Shown: in pieces, positions 63,511-64,000 of the stretch
Layout: each line of letters opens with the position of its first letter
Numbering within the stretch: the stretch's first letter is position 1
Source: Octopus bimaculoides
Lineage: Eukaryota
DNA length: 64,000 bases
Direction of reading: 5' to 3'
Assembly: GCF_001194135.2 (NCBI RefSeq)
Contig: NC_068993.1
Location: forward strand, 49,262,096 to 49,326,095
Translations under genes and position numbers: made by a program
Notes under the pieces: model-generated
Seen by the model: the letters and a program-made list of their open reading frames with translations, nothing else
The model's database searches: none
Told to the model about the DNA's origin: nothing

Positions 63511-63854
63511 TAATAATAATGGCTCACACAGGCTCAAAGTTACGTTTTAGACAAGCGAGTACAATAAATTTAATCGACCTTGACAGGAGATCGAACGGAA
63601 ACGTAAAGGAACGTAACTAAGTATCACAAGATAGATTGCTTAATTTGCTGGAATAGTATTGAAGCTTTAGATTTTATGTGAGTCAACGAAGGATATACTG
63701 GATTTGTTTTATTTTCAGACCTCACGAAAAAATGAGCTCAACATTGAAAGCTAACAAAATATGTTTATCAGTTGACTGTTTAGTGGTTTTCTTCCTCCTC
63801 ATTGTACCTATTTACAGTTAGGTGAACTGCGTCTTTCACATTTGCGATATAGTA

Positions 63855-64000
63855 TAAGGTGGCTAGCTGACAGAATTGTTAGCACGGCGAACAAAATGCT
63901 CAAGGTAGATTGGCTCTTTCGATTTTGTGTTTAAATCTTGTAGAAGATAAATTTGCATTTCATCCTTTCAGAGTACCAATCAAGTACTGGTGGGGGGGGG
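63855..64000 (+). mobile_element. SINE family B (runs off the window)
   Basis: taaggtggctagctgacagaattgttagcacggcgaacaaaatgc...tttgcatttcatcctttcagagtaccaatcaagtactgg. Confidence 0.7.

Overview
AT-rich eukaryotic (animal) draft-genome window with nine N gaps, dense microsatellites and a SINE/LINE repertoire that I recall as typical of Octopus (recognised from memory, not searched). I find no confidently identifiable host protein-coding gene, rRNA, functional tRNA or CRISPR array. Most entries in the ORF track come from microsatellites, N runs or decayed repeats. Supported content: (i) many decayed RTE-clade LINE fragments, including RT YADD motifs at about 43.8 kb and 53.35 kb, plus their (CAT/GAT)n-ending 3' tails; (ii) at least four short-repeat families, labelled A-D here (my labels), including a head-to-tail stack of about 7 family-B copies at 11.7-13.7 kb; (iii) a decayed Chapaev3-type DNA transposase at 45.9-46.6 kb; (iv) two MITE-like elements; (v) a Penelope-like terminus with a hammerhead-like motif at 36.1 kb; (vi) a spacerless palindrome of about 870 bp at 26.2-27.1 kb. 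Best second-look items: an RTE whose 5' half is inverted with codon-exact continuity at the YADD motif (twin-priming geometry, 51.2-53.4 kb), the palindrome, the hammerhead-like motif, and an abrupt CpG-density step near 49.5 kb that suggests the edge of a methylated gene body. A few isolated splice-signal-bounded exon candidates exist but are weak. I see no strong evidence for a wholly new multi-gene system. Most repeat boundaries are approximate.
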